A stretch of DNA of 64,000 nucleotides from an uncultured virus (IMG/VR IMGVR_UViG_3300034062_006192) (IMGVR_UViG_3300034062_006192), one strand, 5' to 3'; counted from the first letter of the stretch, positions 43,317 to 53,013 are shown. Notes: generated from the sequence alone by a model not told the origin. Numbers and translations: made by a program.

Positions 43317-46300
43317 CAGCGCATCCCCAGCGAGCGTTGAATCGAGGGGTTGTTCCGCATGCCGTCGTAGGCCGAATCCCGGCCGGCCTGGGCCGCCGCC
43401 GCCGAGGCCTCCCGCAGCTGCTCGATGGTGGCGTACTCCACGCCGTTGATGACCTGGCTTTCGACGCGGAGGCGGATCGGGGCGGATCGGGGCATGGCGG
43501 CCGCCGATCCGCCGGGGGTGCCGGTGCTGCCGGGGGCGCCACCGGGGCCAGCCTTGAGGAAGGGGATCCCACCAGCGCTGCCGGCCGCCATGAACGGGAC
43601 GCCGAGGCTGTCACCACCGCCAGCCACGGCAGCACCACCGCCTGGGGTCCGCTGGAACGGGACGCCCAGGGCCTGGGTTAGCGCACGGTTGGAGTAGACC
43701 CGGCCGCCGTCTTTGTTGAACCGCACGATCTCGCTGCCCTTTTCACCCACCAGGTAATCGAGGCCGTACTTCACATCTCCACCACCGGCCAGGCCAGGGG
43801 TGAAGGCGCTGGAAAAATCTGGGACTCCCGTCAGGGCCGGGATGCCGAAGTCCAGGCCCATGGCACCGGAGAAGCCCCCGACACCACCGAGGAGCTTGCC
43901 CGCAATGGCGAAGGGGTTTGAGGCGAAGTTCGTCGCCGCGGCCCCGGTGCCGCCGTTGCCGGCCAGAACAGTGCCGGCTCTCATCAGCTCGATAGCCGCG
44001 GCCGTGAGATCGGTTCCAGCCTTCTGCAACGCCAGCGCTTCTACGTCCACCCCGGTGACGGTCTTGAAGATCCCTTTCTGCAGTTCTGCCAGCAGGGGAT
44101 TCAGCAGGGCGTCCATGGTGGCCTGCATCAGCCCTTGGCCGGCCTGCGCCAGGGCACTGGACACCGCCTGCTTCACGTCACCGCCGTTCAACAGGGCCTG
44201 CATCGCGCCAGACAGGCTGCCGCTGATGCTGCCGCTCACCGCATCGCCAGCCGCCAGCCCCAGCTGGCCCTGGGAGGTCTTCATCACCTCGGCCGTCAAC
44301 AGGGCCTTGCGCTGCTCGAACTCGAACTGGGTCCGCTCCGCCAGCTGCTGCTCGGTGAGGTTCTCCCGCTCCAGCGATTGGGCATTACCCAGCTTCCTCA
44401 GCCAGGCCAGCAGATCTTCCAGCGCCTTGGCGAGGCGCGTCTCCTGCTGGCTCAGCCCCTGCAGGCCCTGCTGGATGGCCTGTTCCTGGTTGGCCGTGCT
44501 TGTCACCATGCCGCTCACGCCAGCTGCAGCTCCTCCACCGCCCATCACCGAGGGGGCCACGGCCTGGGCCTGGCCCATGTATTGCTTGTACCGGCCATCG
44601 GTGTACGCGCCCCAGGCATTGATCCCCTGGCTGTCAAAGATGCTCTTAGCCACCCGGGCATTGGTGGGCAGGTCGAGCAGGGCTTCGTTATTGGCCAGGC
44701 CGAACTGCCGCCGCCGCTGGGGGCCCATGCCGCCGATCATGTTCACCTGCCAGGCCCCGTAGCTCAGGTCGCCGGTGGCAGGGTTGTTGTTGATGGCGCC
44801 AGGGTTGCCGGAGCTCTCCGCCATCCCCACCGCCGTCATCTTGATCAGGTCATCACCGGTAAAGCCAGCCGCCCGGGCCGCCTGCATGTACTTCAGCAGC
44901 TTCGGGTTCGTATTTGGCGGAGGCAGCACAGGGGTGCCGACACTGGAACCACCGCCCTGGCCCTGCACCTTCCCCGAAACGAGAATGTCGGCGCTGCGGC
45001 GAGCGGCGGCCGTTTCCGCATTGCGCTGCAGAGCCCCATTCGTTCCAGGGCTATTGATGTCAACACTGTTATGTGCGCCAAACGTGCGGCCTGATCCATC
45101 AAAACGGCCCAGCACCTGCCCGCCAACTACTTGCTGACCAACCTTCACGATTGCAGCCATGTGGCTATAAGTGGCCTCTAGTTTGTTGCCCAAATCGTCA
45201 ACAAACTTGATCACGGCATAGTTTCCGTTGTTGCCTGCTCTGCCTATCTCGGCAACGACACCATTGTGGTAACTGCGCATTTCATTGTTTGACCCTACCG
45301 GCATGTCCGCACCATTCTGGCCGGACGCATCCAGCCGGCCACTGATGGAGCCCGGGAGCTGCGCAACACCTCCCAGCCTCGGCACACTTCTGGCCCCCGC
45401 TAGCTGCGGGCTCAGGGCATCCCGCTGCTGGCTCAGCCCCAGCCGGCCAAGATCGGCGACCAGCTGAGCCCGCTGGATCGCCAGGGCCACCTGCTGCCCG
45501 CGCAACTGCAGCTCCTGGATCCGCACCTCGCTCTTCTCCCGCATCTGCTGCACCTCCAGCTGGCGGGTCTGCAGCTGGTGCTCCCGCTGCATCTGCTGCT
45601 CACGGGCGTCATAGAGGCGCTTCTGCACCTCGGCCGCGGTTTCCATTCCCGTCACGCCGGCCGCGGCCGCCGCGATCTGGGCCTCGATCACCGACGCCGT
45701 GCCGCCACCATTGCGGGCCCGCTCCTGCGCCGCCTGTACCTCCTCGAGCCGCTGCGCCGCTTGCACCTCAGCCTTTGCCCGGGTAGCGGCGAGATCGGCC
45801 CGGGCCTTCTCCAGCCGGCCCTGCTGATCCTGGAGCCTGAGCTGGCGGTTGATCTCTTCGGTTTGCGCTTCCAGCTTCTGCTTCTTCTCGTTCTGGATGT
45901 TGGTGGCCCGGGTGAGCTCGTTGGTGATCTTCTGCTCTGCGGCGCTGATCTGTGCCATCAGGGCCTGCTGCTCCCTGGTGTACTGCGCCGACTGGCCCTG
46001 GATGTCGAGCTGCTGCTCCTGCAGCCCCAGGCGCTGCGCCTCCAGGCCGTTGATGGTGCCCAGTTGGGCCTCGGCCTGGAAGGCCAGGCGCAGGGCCTCC
46101 CTGGAGCCGTTCAGCTTGGCGTTGTTGCGGGTCTGCTCTGCCGCCAGCACGTTCAGCTCCCTGGTGGCCGTGATGTACTCCGCGCTGCCGGGCGCCGTGT
46201 TGCCGCGGACCTTCAGCACTGCCTGAGTGGCGTTGCTCACCTTGACCTGCTCAGCCTGGGCCTCGGCCACCTGGATCTTCAGCTGCTCCTGCTGGATCTT

Positions 46301-48364
46301 GATCTGGGTCTGCTGGATCGCCATCTGCCGCTGCTGCAGATCCCGCTCCGTTTGGAGGATCCCCCGACGCTCGGCTATCGCCTCCTTCTCCTGGGAGAGC
46401 TTGAGGTCGGCGAGACGGGCCTCAGCAGCAGCTCGCGCTTCAGGGGAGGCGGCCACCTGCACACCCAGTTCGTAGCTGCGGCCCACCAGGGCCCGGCGAG
46501 CGTTGCCCACGGCGGCCATCGCTTCGGCGATCTCTTTCTGCTTGCTCATCAGGGTCACGCCCTGCTCCAGCGCCTTGATCTCGTTCTGATAGGCCTTCTG
46601 TTTGATGTCCGACCAGACCTTGGAGATGTTCAGGGCGCGCTGGGCACCGGTGCCCAACCGGTTGTTCATCTCCTCCATCTGGTTGACGATGTTCGGCGGC
46701 AGCTTGAGGCTGCGCAGCTGCACCTCATCGGTGAGACCTGTTTGGACCTTGTAGCGGTCCCGAATGTCGTTTTCAGCCGCCTGGATCTCCTCCTCGGACT
46801 TGCCGGTCAGCTTCATGTTTGCCCGCACGGCCGCCAGGTTGGTGTTGAGCACCATCGCCGCCCACTTCTGGTTGAACGAATCGATGGCGCCGCTCACCTT
46901 GTCCAAGCCGGTGAACATCTGATCGAAGAAGCTCGACACCGCGGCGGTTTGCGTGTCTCCTCCCACGTTAAAAAGCGCCTTGATCGGGTTGATCACGGCT
47001 CCAATGGCCTCCGCCACCAGCCCCACCACGCGAGCGATCAGTTCACCTGTCCGCGCCACTGCGGTGAGAATTGGCATCAGGCCACCGCCCACCACGGCCG
47101 TGACCGTCCCGACCACATCCATGATCACCTGCCCGATCGAGGAGGCCGCCGCACCGATCGACACCAGGATCGACACCACCGGCCCGAAGAGCTTGAGAAT
47201 CGGCCCCACTGCTTCCGCAATCGACTTGAAGAACCCGGTGAAGCTCCCCTGAAGGTTCTTGAAGGTGACCAGGATCGACTGCATCATCGTTGCCGTGTCC
47301 CGCTCCAGCGGTTGCCCGGCCTCAGAAGAGATCGCCTGGTTCACATCATCGAAGTTGCTCTTCACGTTGGCCAGGCTCAGCGCCAGCACCTTCTGGCCGT
47401 CGTAGAGCTTCTCCAACTTCCCCATCAAGAAGTCGTAGTAGGTGCCCTGCTCCTGCTGCTGCCGAACGTCATCACCTGTGATGCCCAGCTTGGTGGCCAG
47501 CATCGCGTTTTGGTCGATGTTCGGCATCATCAGGGCATTCACCTCACTCCGCAGCTGGTCACCAGAGACGCCGAGGGTGTTCATCCCGGCGGCAATCCTG
47601 GTGGCCAGCTTGGCGGCGTTCTCCGTGGTGCCTTTGGCGCCGAGGCTGCTGATGTTGCTCAGGACGATGTTGAACCCCTCGTAGATCTCCCCAGCTGTCG
47701 CGCCGGAGATGTTGGCGACTTCCTGCTGGATCCCCTTGTATTCCTTGAGGATGGCGCCGCGCACCATCTGCATCTGGCGGGCGGTGCCCTCCACCAACTT
47801 CCCGTCCGGGCCGAGGATCGCGAACGATTGCGCCGCAAAAATCCCAGCCTCCGCCACTTGTTTGTTGAGCCGGCCGGCTTCTGCCGATAGCTGCTGCAAA
47901 GGGCCCAGCACGGCATTGATCGCCCCTGCCATCCCCCCGAAGATCGACTGGATGCCGGTGGCCGCCAGGCCCAGCTGGCCCAGCATCGGGATCGCCTTGC
48001 CAGCCATGCCCAGCAGGCCGCCCAGGGCGCCGCCGGCGCCGCCGAAGCCACCAGCACCACCAGCGGCGCCGGCCGCCTGGCCCGCACCACGGAGCTGCTC
48101 CTGCAGCGCTTTGAACGCTTCCCCATCGCCCTGCATGCCGCGCCGCAGCTGCTCCAGGGTCTTGAGGAGCCCCTCGTAGCCACGCTGGGCTTCCGGCGAT
48201 GGCGGCGGGATGTTGGGGGCAGGGATGTTCGTCCCCCGCCGCTCCATGTCGGCAATCACCTGCCGCATCCGCGCCAGGTCCCGCTCCAGCGGCTGCATGT
48301 CGCCGCGCAGGGTCAGCGTGGCTGTGCCAAGGCTGTACTCGCCGCCGCCGCCGCTCTGGGTCAA
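43316..48364 (-). CDS. tape measure protein with M23-like and transglycosylase (SLT-like) domains
   Basis: 1682 aa Ala/Gly/Gln-rich helical protein after the chaperones; AESSGNPGAIN..SYGAWQVNM; YSHM..VKVGQQV..GQVLG. Confidence 0.9.
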   Translation of the reverse strand: MTQSGGGGEYSLGTATLTLRGDMQPLERDLARMRQVIADMERRGTNIPAPNIPPPSPEAQRGYEGLLKTLEQLRRGMQGDGEAFKALQEQLRGAGQAAGAAGGAGGFGGAGGALGGLLGMAGKAIPMLGQLGLAATGIQSIFGGMAGAINAVLGPLQQLSAEAGRLNKQVAEAGIFAAQSFAILGPDGKLVEGTARQMQMVRGAILKEYKGIQQEVANISGATAGEIYEGFNIVLSNISSLGAKGTTENAAKLATRIAAGMNTLGVSGDQLRSEVNALMMPNIDQNAMLATKLGITGDDVRQQQEQGTYYDFLMGKLEKLYDGQKVLALSLANVKSNFDDVNQAISSEAGQPLERDTATMMQSILVTFKNLQGSFTGFFKSIAEAVGPILKLFGPVVSILVSIGAAASSIGQVIMDVVGTVTAVVGGGLMPILTAVARTGELIARVVGLVAEAIGAVINPIKALFNVGGDTQTAAVSSFFDQMFTGLDKVSGAIDSFNQKWAAMVLNTNLAAVRANMKLTGKSEEEIQAAENDIRDRYKVQTGLTDEVQLRSLKLPPNIVNQMEEMNNRLGTGAQRALNISKVWSDIKQKAYQNEIKALEQGVTLMSKQKEIAEAMAAVGNARRALVGRSYELGVQVAASPEARAAAEARLADLKLSQEKEAIAERRGILQTERDLQQRQMAIQQTQIKIQQEQLKIQVAEAQAEQVKVSNATQAVLKVRGNTAPGSAEYITATRELNVLAAEQTRNNAKLNGSREALRLAFQAEAQLGTINGLEAQRLGLQEQQLDIQGQSAQYTREQQALMAQISAAEQKITNELTRATNIQNEKKQKLEAQTEEINRQLRLQDQQGRLEKARADLAATRAKAEVQAAQRLEEVQAAQERARNGGGTASVIEAQIAAAAAGVTGMETAAEVQKRLYDAREQQMQREHQLQTRQLEVQQMREKSEVRIQELQLRGQQVALAIQRAQLVADLGRLGLSQQRDALSPQLAGARSVPRLGGVAQLPGSISGRLDASGQNGADMPVGSNNEMRSYHNGVVAEIGRAGNNGNYAVIKFVDDLGNKLEATYSHMAAIVKVGQQVVGGQVLGRFDGSGRTFGAHNSVDINSPGTNGALQRNAETAAARRSADILVSGKVQGQGGGSSVGTPVLPPPNTNPKLLKYMQAARAAGFTGDDLIKMTAVGMAESSGNPGAINNNPATGDLSYGAWQVNMIGGMGPQRRRQFGLANNEALLDLPTNARVAKSIFDSQGINAWGAYTDGRYKQYMGQAQAVAPSVMGGGGAAAGVSGMVTSTANQEQAIQQGLQGLSQQETRLAKALEDLLAWLRKLGNAQSLERENLTEQQLAERTQFEFEQRKALLTAEVMKTSQGQLGLAAGDAVSGSISGSLSGAMQALLNGGDVKQAVSSALAQAGQGLMQATMDALLNPLLAELQKGIFKTVTGVDVEALALQKAGTDLTAAAIELMRAGTVLAGNGGTGAAATNFASNPFAIAGKLLGGVGGFSGAMGLDFGIPALTGVPDFSSAFTPGLAGGGDVKYGLDYLVGEKGSEIVRFNKDGGRVYSNRALTQALGVPFQRTPGGGAAVAGGGDSLGVPFMAAGSAGGIPFLKAGPGGAPGSTGTPGGSAAAMPRSAPIRLRVESQVINGVEYATIEQLREASAAAAQAGRDSAYDGMRNNPSIQRSLGMR

Positions 48365-48407
48365 ACCCTGTTCATTACTGCTTGGGGTCAGTCTGGGCCC
48401 GTGATGA

Positions 48408-48899
48408 TCAGAACCCGCTGCGCTCCAGCTCCGCCAGGGCCAGCACCAGCACCCGCTGGGGCATCTGCCCGTTGCTGATCAGCCAGCGGATCACCTTGGC
48501 CGTCTCCTCAGTGATCCGGGCGTTCTTGCCAGGGGCCTCGGTGATCTTGAAGGGCAGGAAGGCGTCCTGGCCCCGGGCCTTGTTGCCTAGCCCTGGGAAG
48601 GCTGCGATTTCCACCATCTCCGCCAGCCGGGCCATGGTGGTGCTCATCTCGTTGGTGCGTTTCGCCTTCTCCTTCAGGGCCCAGTGATAGGCCTTCAGCA
48701 CGGCATCCACCGGTTGAAACGGCAGCCGCTCGGCATGCCAGCGGGGGTCCTGGGTCAGGCCGCTGGTCAGCACCAGCTGGATCTCATCCCAGTCGGTTGG
48801 CGGTGTCTTGAGGTAGGCCTCTATGCGGTCGCGGTGCTCGCTGCGGGTGAGCTCTTCGGCGCTCGACGGGGCGTCTTCGCCGGTGCCGGAGGCTTTCCC
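48408..48899 (-). CDS. tail assembly chaperone, -1 frameshift extension (gpT-like)
   Basis: Frame is open from the GGGAAAG slippery site to the stop at 48408. Confidence 0.8.
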   Translation of the reverse strand, partial: GKASGTGEDAPSSAEELTRSEHRDRIEAYLKTPPTDWDEIQLVLTSGLTQDPRWHAERLPFQPVDAVLKAYHWALKEKAKRTNEMSTTMARLAEMVEIAAFPGLGNKARGQDAFLPFKITEAPGKNARITEETAKVIRWLISNGQMPQRVLVLALAELERSGF

Positions 48900-49438
48900 G
48901 CTGCCAGCATCGCCGCTTTCTCTTCGAGCAGGAACTGCTGGATCTCGTTGATCAGATCGGTGGGCAGCTGAGCGGTGTCCTCCTCACCCCAGAGATCTGG
49001 CCCCAGCTTCACCCACTCCAGGCTTTCGGGGTCCATCCCCTCGCCGCGGCCGACCAGCACCCTGTGGACCTGGGCCTTCTTCTGATCACCCAGCAGGGTC
49101 TGGCTGGCGAGGAAGTTGTGCAGCCGGCCCTGATCGGCGGAAAGGAGGCCAAAGCTCTGCAGCGCGCCTTTGACGGAATCAGGATTGCCTGGATCCACCG
49201 CAGCGGTCATGTTCTGGATCAGCTTGTCCACCTCCTCCAGGGGCATCCCCGTCTCCTTGGCGATGCCATCGGCCAGCTGGTAGAAGGCGCCAACGCTGAC
49301 GCAGCGCTCCCGATCGTGCTGCTCGAGGAGCTCCGCTTCCCCCTGGAGCACCTTGCCGTAGACCGCGAGGCGGAACTTCCCGCCGATGATCTTGTGACCG
49401 GTGCGGAACGACGCCAGTAGGCGGCTGCTGAAGGTCAT
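48821..49438 (-). CDS. tail assembly chaperone (gpG-like)
   Basis: Upstream of the tape measure gene; contains G GGA AAG near its 3' end. Confidence 0.8.
   Translation of the reverse strand: MTFSSRLLASFRTGHKIIGGKFRLAVYGKVLQGEAELLEQHDRERCVSVGAFYQLADGIAKETGMPLEEVDKLIQNMTAAVDPGNPDSVKGALQSFGLLSADQGRLHNFLASQTLLGDQKKAQVHRVLVGRGEGMDPESLEWVKLGPDLWGEEDTAQLPTDLINEIQQFLLEEKAAMLAAGKPPAPAKTPRRAPKSSPAASTATA
48893..48899 (-). other. programmed -1 ribosomal frameshift site GGGAAAG
   Basis: Same heptamer as lambda G-T, in the correct phase (GCG GGA AAG). Confidence 0.85.
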
Positions 49439-49683
49439 GAAACGGGCCGAAGGGCTGCACGGATCTTGAACCCAACGTAGCGCTGGCCTTGATTCAGGAC
49501 GGCCTCAGGGAGGGTCATCCAGAACTCATTACCGCCTGTTGGTGGGGTCACCAGTACCTCTGTATCACTGGTGCCGGCTTCGATCACCAGCATGCCCACC
49601 GACACCTCGCCGCCCGCGTCAGGGGCGCGGCAGTCGATCGCCACAACGTTCTGCATCGGGGTCAACAGCAGGCGGTGATGCAC
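49435..49683 (-). CDS. hypothetical protein
   Basis: ATGA-coupled to the chaperone gene. Confidence 0.6.
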   Translation of the reverse strand: MHHRLLLTPMQNVVAIDCRAPDAGGEVSVGMLVIEAGTSDTEVLVTPPTGGNEFWMTLPEAVLNQGQRYVGFKIRAALRPVS

Positions 49684-49703
49684 AGCTAGCGATCAGTAGT
49701 GCC

Positions 49704-50024
49704 TCAAGTCTGTGCTCCCCCCTGCCGGCGCGGATCATCCGGAGCCGCCGCGGCCTTGCTCACAGCCGCCAGGGCGATGTGGGCCACCTGTGTGGTGAGC
49801 TGCAGCACCTGGTCGTGCAGCTCTGGCAGGTTGGCCGTGGTGATGCCTTCGGGATCCTGGTAGGCCAGCAACTGAAGCCGGATCCGATCTTCTCTGGAGC
49901 AGACCTTGTCGGCAGCCAGCAGGCCCACCCGCAAGATGGTCGAGCGGAGCACGTCGAACTCGGCGCGCATAGTGGCCTCCCACTCGTCAGGGGGAGGGGA
50001 AGACCAGAGGGGAAGAACGGGCAT
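49704..50024 (-). CDS. hypothetical protein
   Basis: 106-aa ORF after the KilA-N gene. Confidence 0.55.
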   Translation of the reverse strand: MPVLPLWSSPPPDEWEATMRAEFDVLRSTILRVGLLAADKVCSREDRIRLQLLAYQDPEGITTANLPELHDQVLQLTTQVAHIALAAVSKAAAAPDDPRRQGGAQT

Positions 50025-50087
50025 GGGGAGCGTGCAAGGGGATGGGGTGGCCCAGGCGCAGGGCCCGGGCCGTGGTGAGGGTGCGGC

Positions 50088-51038
50088 TCAGAGCTTCATG
50101 AACAGCCAGCTGGCACAGCCCGGGGGATAGGTGCTGCACAGCTTTCCGGCGGAGAGCTTGCCGCGGCCGATGAGGCGCCAGCCGTCGCGTTCTGCTCCGA
50201 TCGGCTTGGCAGCAGCCCACTTGTTGAGGGAGTGCGAATCGATGCCCAGCAGGTGAGCCAGCTCGGGGCCGGTGATCAGGTCGCCGGGATTGAAGCGCTG
50301 CTGGGGCATGGCCCAGGCCTGATCGTTGCGTGGGGGCTGCGGCGCGGGTGCCGGCGGGGCCGGTGGCCGGGGAGGGCATGCCACCGCACCAACAGGGATG
50401 CCGATAGGGGCTGGGGAGATCACCAGCTGGCCGTGCTCAGCAACGAACCATTCAAGGAAGTGTTTGGCGGCAGGGCGGGGGAAGCGCAGGGAACGGCAGC
50501 GTTTAGGTTGGGGGAGTGCCTCCTGCTCGGCTTCTGTCTGGGTGGTGTAGGCGTCGAGGATCTGGGTCAGCGGCTCAGAGAAGGCGGTGGCGCCGAGGAC
50601 GTTGATGCCAGGGCCGCCGACCTGGTACTCCAGCAGCTCCCGCTGCTGCGGGGGCAGGGCCGCCGTGGCCGGGTTGGGATCGGCGGCGAGCTTGGGCGTG
50701 AAGCTCTCCAGGAACCAGCCGTCCATCATCACGGCGAACTTAGGGTGCAGCCACCGGGCCAGGTCCACCGCGATGCGGGGGTGGACCCAGGTGCCCCTGA
50801 TTTCATTCAGCCCCGTGGTGATCGACTGGATCAGGAGGTCCCTGGGAATTCCCAGGGACGTCGAGAGGGCTTGCAAATACTGGGTTGTGCGGTCGAGGCG
50901 CCGGTAGTCGGAGAATTCCTTGCCGCAGGCCTTGCACATGGCCGTGGCGTTCACGTAGCCGTCGAGGGGCCGACGCAGGATGTCCACACCATTCCAGGTG
51001 CGGGATTCCATCCCCTTGGGGGTGAGGCTGCTGTTCAT
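50088..51038 (-). CDS. KilA-N domain protein (putative antirepressor)
   Basis: DGYVNATAMCKACGKEFSDYRRL...GTWVHPRIAVDLARWLHPKFAV. Confidence 0.9.
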   Translation of the reverse strand: MNSSLTPKGMESRTWNGVDILRRPLDGYVNATAMCKACGKEFSDYRRLDRTTQYLQALSTSLGIPRDLLIQSITTGLNEIRGTWVHPRIAVDLARWLHPKFAVMMDGWFLESFTPKLAADPNPATAALPPQQRELLEYQVGGPGINVLGATAFSEPLTQILDAYTTQTEAEQEALPQPKRCRSLRFPRPAAKHFLEWFVAEHGQLVISPAPIGIPVGAVACPPRPPAPPAPAPQPPRNDQAWAMPQQRFNPGDLITGPELAHLLGIDSHSLNKWAAAKPIGAERDGWRLIGRGKLSAGKLCSTYPPGCASWLFMKL

Positions 51039-51094
51039 CAATGGCTCCCGCTCAAAGCGGGCGGATCTGTTGCCCAACGTCGCCGCCGGGTGCA

Positions 51095-51124
51095 GATACG
51101 GTACAACAGTTCGTCTTTTGTCAA
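51095..51124 (-). promoter_or_regulatory. sigma70-type promoter overlapped by a cyanobacterial LexA box
   Basis: TTGACA-N15-TACCGT; GGTACAACAGTTCG (51100-51113) fits RGTAC-N3-DGTWCB. Confidence 0.7.
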
Positions 51125-51302
51125 GAGGTGGGGGGAGGGCCTCCGATGCCGGAGCCCGAGTGGCGACAGACGACACCACTCCCGGCGCCCAGCCTTGCGG
51201 GGAGGGCCGACCCTTCCCCCCAGTGCAAGAGTACGGGAGGCGGGGGCTGGGTTCAGAGGCGCCACCTAGGGTCCGCTGCAGGTCGCATCGGAAAGCTGCA
51301 GT

Positions 51303-51521
51303 GTGCTAGTCATGGCGGGCTTAGCTGTACCTATCCCCATGATTACTCGCCCCTGGAAAATACTCCTTGGAATAGTTTTGGGAATGGCAGGACTCGGCGT
51401 AATACTTATTGGGCTGATACTTTGGTTAGATCCAAGCACTCGAAGCGCAGGCACAAGCACTGATGCCACGGTTGGAGACACCCGCTACACTGACGAGCGC
51501 ACCGTGTCCACTCACCCCTAG
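51303..51521 (+). CDS. small membrane protein
   Basis: One strong TM helix; true start possibly at the internal ATG (MITRPWK). Confidence 0.55.
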   Translation: MLVMAGLAVPIPMITRPWKILLGIVLGMAGLGVILIGLILWLDPSTRSAGTSTDATVGDTRYTDERTVSTHP

Positions 51522-51529
51522 CCAGTCAG

Positions 51530-51805
51530 ATGCGACGTTCCCGCTACCTGCCAACTTTCCTCAGTGCCTCATTGCTACTACTTCAGTGCGGTTTCCCTGC
51601 CAGCGCGCATTCACAGATAAGCATTGAGGATTGCTCAATTTATAGAGTGAGCATGGAAGCGCTTGATAGCTGCATAGAATCCAACAGGAGAGCCATGAAT
51701 ATAAACCGCAGTATCTGTATTTCATACATTGACTCGGCTCGGAAAGCTGCTGTAAGAGGAGACCGCTCTGGTTGGAGCAGAGTCCCGACCTGGTGTCTGT
51801 ATTAA
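51530..51805 (+). CDS. small secreted Cys-containing protein
   Basis: Signal-peptide-like N-terminus ending ASA; four Cys in the mature part. Confidence 0.6.
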   Translation: MRRSRYLPTFLSASLLLLQCGFPASAHSQISIEDCSIYRVSMEALDSCIESNRRAMNINRSICISYIDSARKAAVRGDRSGWSRVPTWCLY

Positions 51806-51926
51806 AGCCCCTTGCCGAACGCCCTCTCAGCAGGATCACTCCTCTTTTGATGGCGACCAGATTGCGCAGGCGTCGCTCGGTGGCCAGCTGCTCATCAATG
51901 ATCTGGTCATAGCTGGCCTGCTTTCG

Positions 51927-51977
51927 TGCGAGGCCCCATTTTCGTGACGCCACGAAAAAGGGGCCTCGCAGGGCCCC
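51927..51977. terminator. intrinsic terminator of the major tail gene, nested in a 20-bp inverted repeat
   Basis: Minus strand GGGGCCCTGCGAGGCCCC-TTTTT; inverted repeat 51927-51946 / 51951-51970 (19/20). Confidence 0.75.
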
Positions 51978-52002
51978 GGTGTTCGCTGTGCCTGCGGCTG
52001 GA

Positions 52003-53013
52003 TCAGGCGGTGCGAAAGGTGCTGGAGAAGCCCGCCAGCGGCCGGCGGATGCCGGCGGCATCGGCCACCAGGGAGGCGTTGACCGCCTGGGTGATCGCCC
52101 CATCGCGCACCACCAGCCGGTAGATGGTCGCCGCGGCCAGGTCGGCCACCGGGTTGATCGTGACCACGTTGTTCGCCAGGGTGACCACCGCCGGGACGCG
52201 GACGCCGCTGGAGGCCAGCTCGAGGCGGAAGCCGGAGCCATCGGCAGCACCCAGGGCCAGCTGGGTGAGGGCCGCCGTGCCGTCGCTGGTGTAGGTGACG
52301 GTCTGGTTGGCAGTGGTCACGATCGCCGTGCCGTTGTCCACGGGCACCACCGCATACCGGCGGGTGCCGGAGGTGGGGGCCGTGGCGAGGATCACCGATT
52401 GGACGGCACCAGTGGTCAGAGGTGCCGCGCCGGCATCAAAGCGCCCGAAGATGGCCCGGCTGCGGCTCATGCCGTTGAACGTCACGTTGATCAGGTCTTC
52501 CGCCGCTGTCGTTTCCTTGTAGCCGCGCAAGCAGGCGTTGAACGCGGCGTAGTCGTAGATGAAGTTGCCACTGGTGTTGTTCGCACGGCCCAGCTCCTTG
52601 AACAGCTCCACAAACACCTCATAGTCGGTGTCGTAGCGAGACTTTTCGACGATGGCGAACTCCTCGGCATAGTCGCCGCGGAACTCTGGGCAAACGCCGG
52701 TGGCCGCCTGCACGATGCTCTTTGAGAAGAACGTGTCGAAGGAGGCGGAGACCTTGGAGCCGGTCGTCACGCTGTCGCTCCAACCGTCGTCGCCGATCAG
52801 CCTGAACTCCCGATCGTTGTTGTCAATCGAGAACGAGACCTGCTTCACGGTCTGCATCTCCCGCGCCCAGTCGCCAGGGTCGAGGGTGGGGCGGGTGATG
52901 AAGCCGGAGCTATCCCGGGTGGGGAAGTACCGGCAGGGGGCCTTAAGCGGCGTCATCAGCATGATGCTGCGATGTGCCTTGACGAAGCCTTGCCCAATCG
53001 CGAAATCAGCCAT
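52003..53013 (-). CDS. major tail (tube) protein with C-terminal Ig-like domain
   Basis: Follows the neck genes; VVTINPVADLAAATIYRLVV (Big_5-like); followed by a terminator. Confidence 0.8.
   Translation of the reverse strand: MADFAIGQGFVKAHRSIMLMTPLKAPCRYFPTRDSSGFITRPTLDPGDWAREMQTVKQVSFSIDNNDREFRLIGDDGWSDSVTTGSKVSASFDTFFSKSIVQAATGVCPEFRGDYAEEFAIVEKSRYDTDYEVFVELFKELGRANNTSGNFIYDYAAFNACLRGYKETTAAEDLINVTFNGMSRSRAIFGRFDAGAAPLTTGAVQSVILATAPTSGTRRYAVVPVDNGTAIVTTANQTVTYTSDGTAALTQLALGAADGSGFRLELASSGVRVPAVVTLANNVVTINPVADLAAATIYRLVVRDGAITQAVNASLVADAAGIRRPLAGFSSTFRTA

Noticed and set aside
45578..47890. Long + strand ORFs opposite structural genes (also 34271..36223, 56921..58261, 1071..2231, 37099..38244)
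   Set aside because: Antisense shadows of GC-rich genes with strong codon bias; no recognisable motifs
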